Positions 62,297 through 64,000 of a stretch of DNA of 64,000 nt are shown here, piece by piece. The DNA lies in contig OY740789.1 in assembly GCA_963514005.1 (NCBI GenBank), forward strand, positions 68,014,001-68,078,000. Reading direction: 5' to 3'. The notes beneath the pieces were generated by a model. It was given only the letters and a program-made list of their open reading frames with translations, was not told the origin of the DNA and did not search any database. A program made the translations under genes and the position numbers. The stretch is from Raja brachyura (taxonomy: Eukaryota). How positions within the stretch are numbered: position 1 is the stretch's first letter; each line of letters starts with the position of its first letter.

Positions 62297-64000
62297 TAGA
62301 TATAGATTTAACATGTGCATTTGAGGTGTTTTAGTAATCATTTATTTTCTACTTCAAATGACATCACAAGATACATTTTAGCAGTTAATCCTGTTATTCA
62401 AATGTGGGATGCACAAATAAATTGTATTCCATTAGTGATTAGTCCAATGGATTGGATTGATGTCATTTCTGAGGATAAGATGCTCTTTGGAATGACCAGT
62501 AATCTACATCTCTATTTATTTAAATGTATCCATCGTATTCATTTAGCTGTAAGCCCTAAAGTAGCAAATACCAGGTATGTAAGCACTTGATCATTTGTGA
62601 TTTCAGTTCTTCAGTATTTAGTATTCAGTATTTAGTAATGTATCAAGAGGAATAACATATGGGATGTCTATTAGTATTGTTCTTTGCAGGCAGATTTGAA
62701 AAGATACTTTAGTGTATACAAAAATATAAAAGCATTTTGAATTAATGGGATTAAAATGCAAATTTTCTGACACCAGAAACAGGTATTAAAATGATTTACT
62801 TTTATACCACAAGCTTCTCCAAGAAAGCATTGAATGTAAACTTGATTTTCTATCAATACTGGCTGCCAAAGTTAGAGCTGGAAATGTATTATTTGTATGT
62901 CAACTATGATTGGTGCTGCCCAAGCATTATTTGCAGTTAATCATCTGTGCTTAACTGGCGGTCTTTTATTGCTAGACATTAATTAGTTTAAGTATAGCTC
63001 TCTCAGGACATCTAGAGGGTTTGTTATATGCTAACAATTAGAGAACACAATGGGATGCTGTCCTTGGTGTATTGCTGGGAAAACGTTAGTGTTATTTGCC
63101 CATTGAGCCTGAGTTTGTGCTTCTGCTCATCATTTTCTGGCTTCCCTCACTAATTAACCCCTCATTTTTTACACACAAATCCTAAAAATGCTTCAATGAA
63201 AGAAATGTGGTGGATTTAATGTTCATTTAAATGTTAAATATTTTTGGTAAATTTCCACAACCTCGTGCTTTCTTTACCAATTAAATTGAAATAGATAATG
63301 AGTGGTTGATTCTGGAATTGTGCTGTATGGATTGCTAAATTGCACGTTTAATTTAAAAAAAAAACTGAAAACTGTAAAATTAAATGCAGAAAATGATACA
63401 AATATTCACTTGAATCAGACTTCAACAGTGGAAAGAGAAATAGAATAATTGTTGACATACTGCGTTGTATATCGTGATGACCACTCAAGATGAGTCTTCT
63501 CTAATAATGAAGATCTATTGTAAATAATTGATTTATGGAAATGTGTTCAGATCGCAGATGTGACCCCAATTTGTCTTGTTGCTTTCTTCCTCACTCACAT
63601 CTGCGTCCTTAATCTCCTATCCTATCCTTTAAAGCTCAACATTACCTCCACTTTACCATTAGTCATCTTGTAGCATTCAGTTTTTAGATGGTAATTTCTC
63701 CCCCTTTATGGAACAGCAGAAGTGAGTAAAAATTATTTCTTCCCTTTGTCGCTCAATGTCCTTTTTTTTTTTGCCTTCCAAATGAACCATTTGATCTTTC
63801 CTCTCTATTCCCTGCACCTTAAATCTTTGTATGTTTTCCAGCACTATACAGCTCTGATATAAGTTAACTGTTTCTGCTCGGATGCCACTAAACATTTTCA
63901 GTGCTTTTATTTTTAATGTTTAGGTTTTGAGGCATTGCTACTTGTACACTTATCATTTCAACACAAATTATTGGGAGGGAGCTCAATCTGAAATACGATT

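Noticed and set aside
63915-64000. Possible acceptor tttag|gttttgagg as the next TTBK exon
   Set aside because: Does not encode the expected L(R/K)KIGGGGFGEIY; the next exon is probably outside the window.

Overview
Vertebrate genomic DNA, most likely from a cartilaginous fish such as a skate or ray, judging by HE1/V-SINE-like and CR1-like repeats. The window holds the 5' end of one gene on the + strand, a tau-tubulin kinase (most likely TTBK2). It has a CpG-island promoter and non-coding exon 1 (donor at 2798/2799), an intron 1 of about 54.7 kb, and the first coding exon (57468-57621). Most of the rest is decayed transposable elements: CR1, L2, Rex1/Babar and Vingi-like LINEs, two copies of one Gypsy LTR element (one nested in a Tc1 transposon), tRNA-derived SINEs, non-autonomous Helitrons, a ~1 kb DNA transposon with 7-bp TSDs, and Penelope-derived repeats. 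The most striking signal is a ~140-nt retroposon present twice, each copy with an 11-bp TSD and a (GAA)n tail. Its first ~54 nt fold by eye into a complete minimal HDV-like self-cleaving ribozyme. Hammerhead-core Penelope-derived repeats are also scattered through the same intron. All calls come from manual reading and recalled family motifs; no searches were run, and boundaries of old repeats are approximate.
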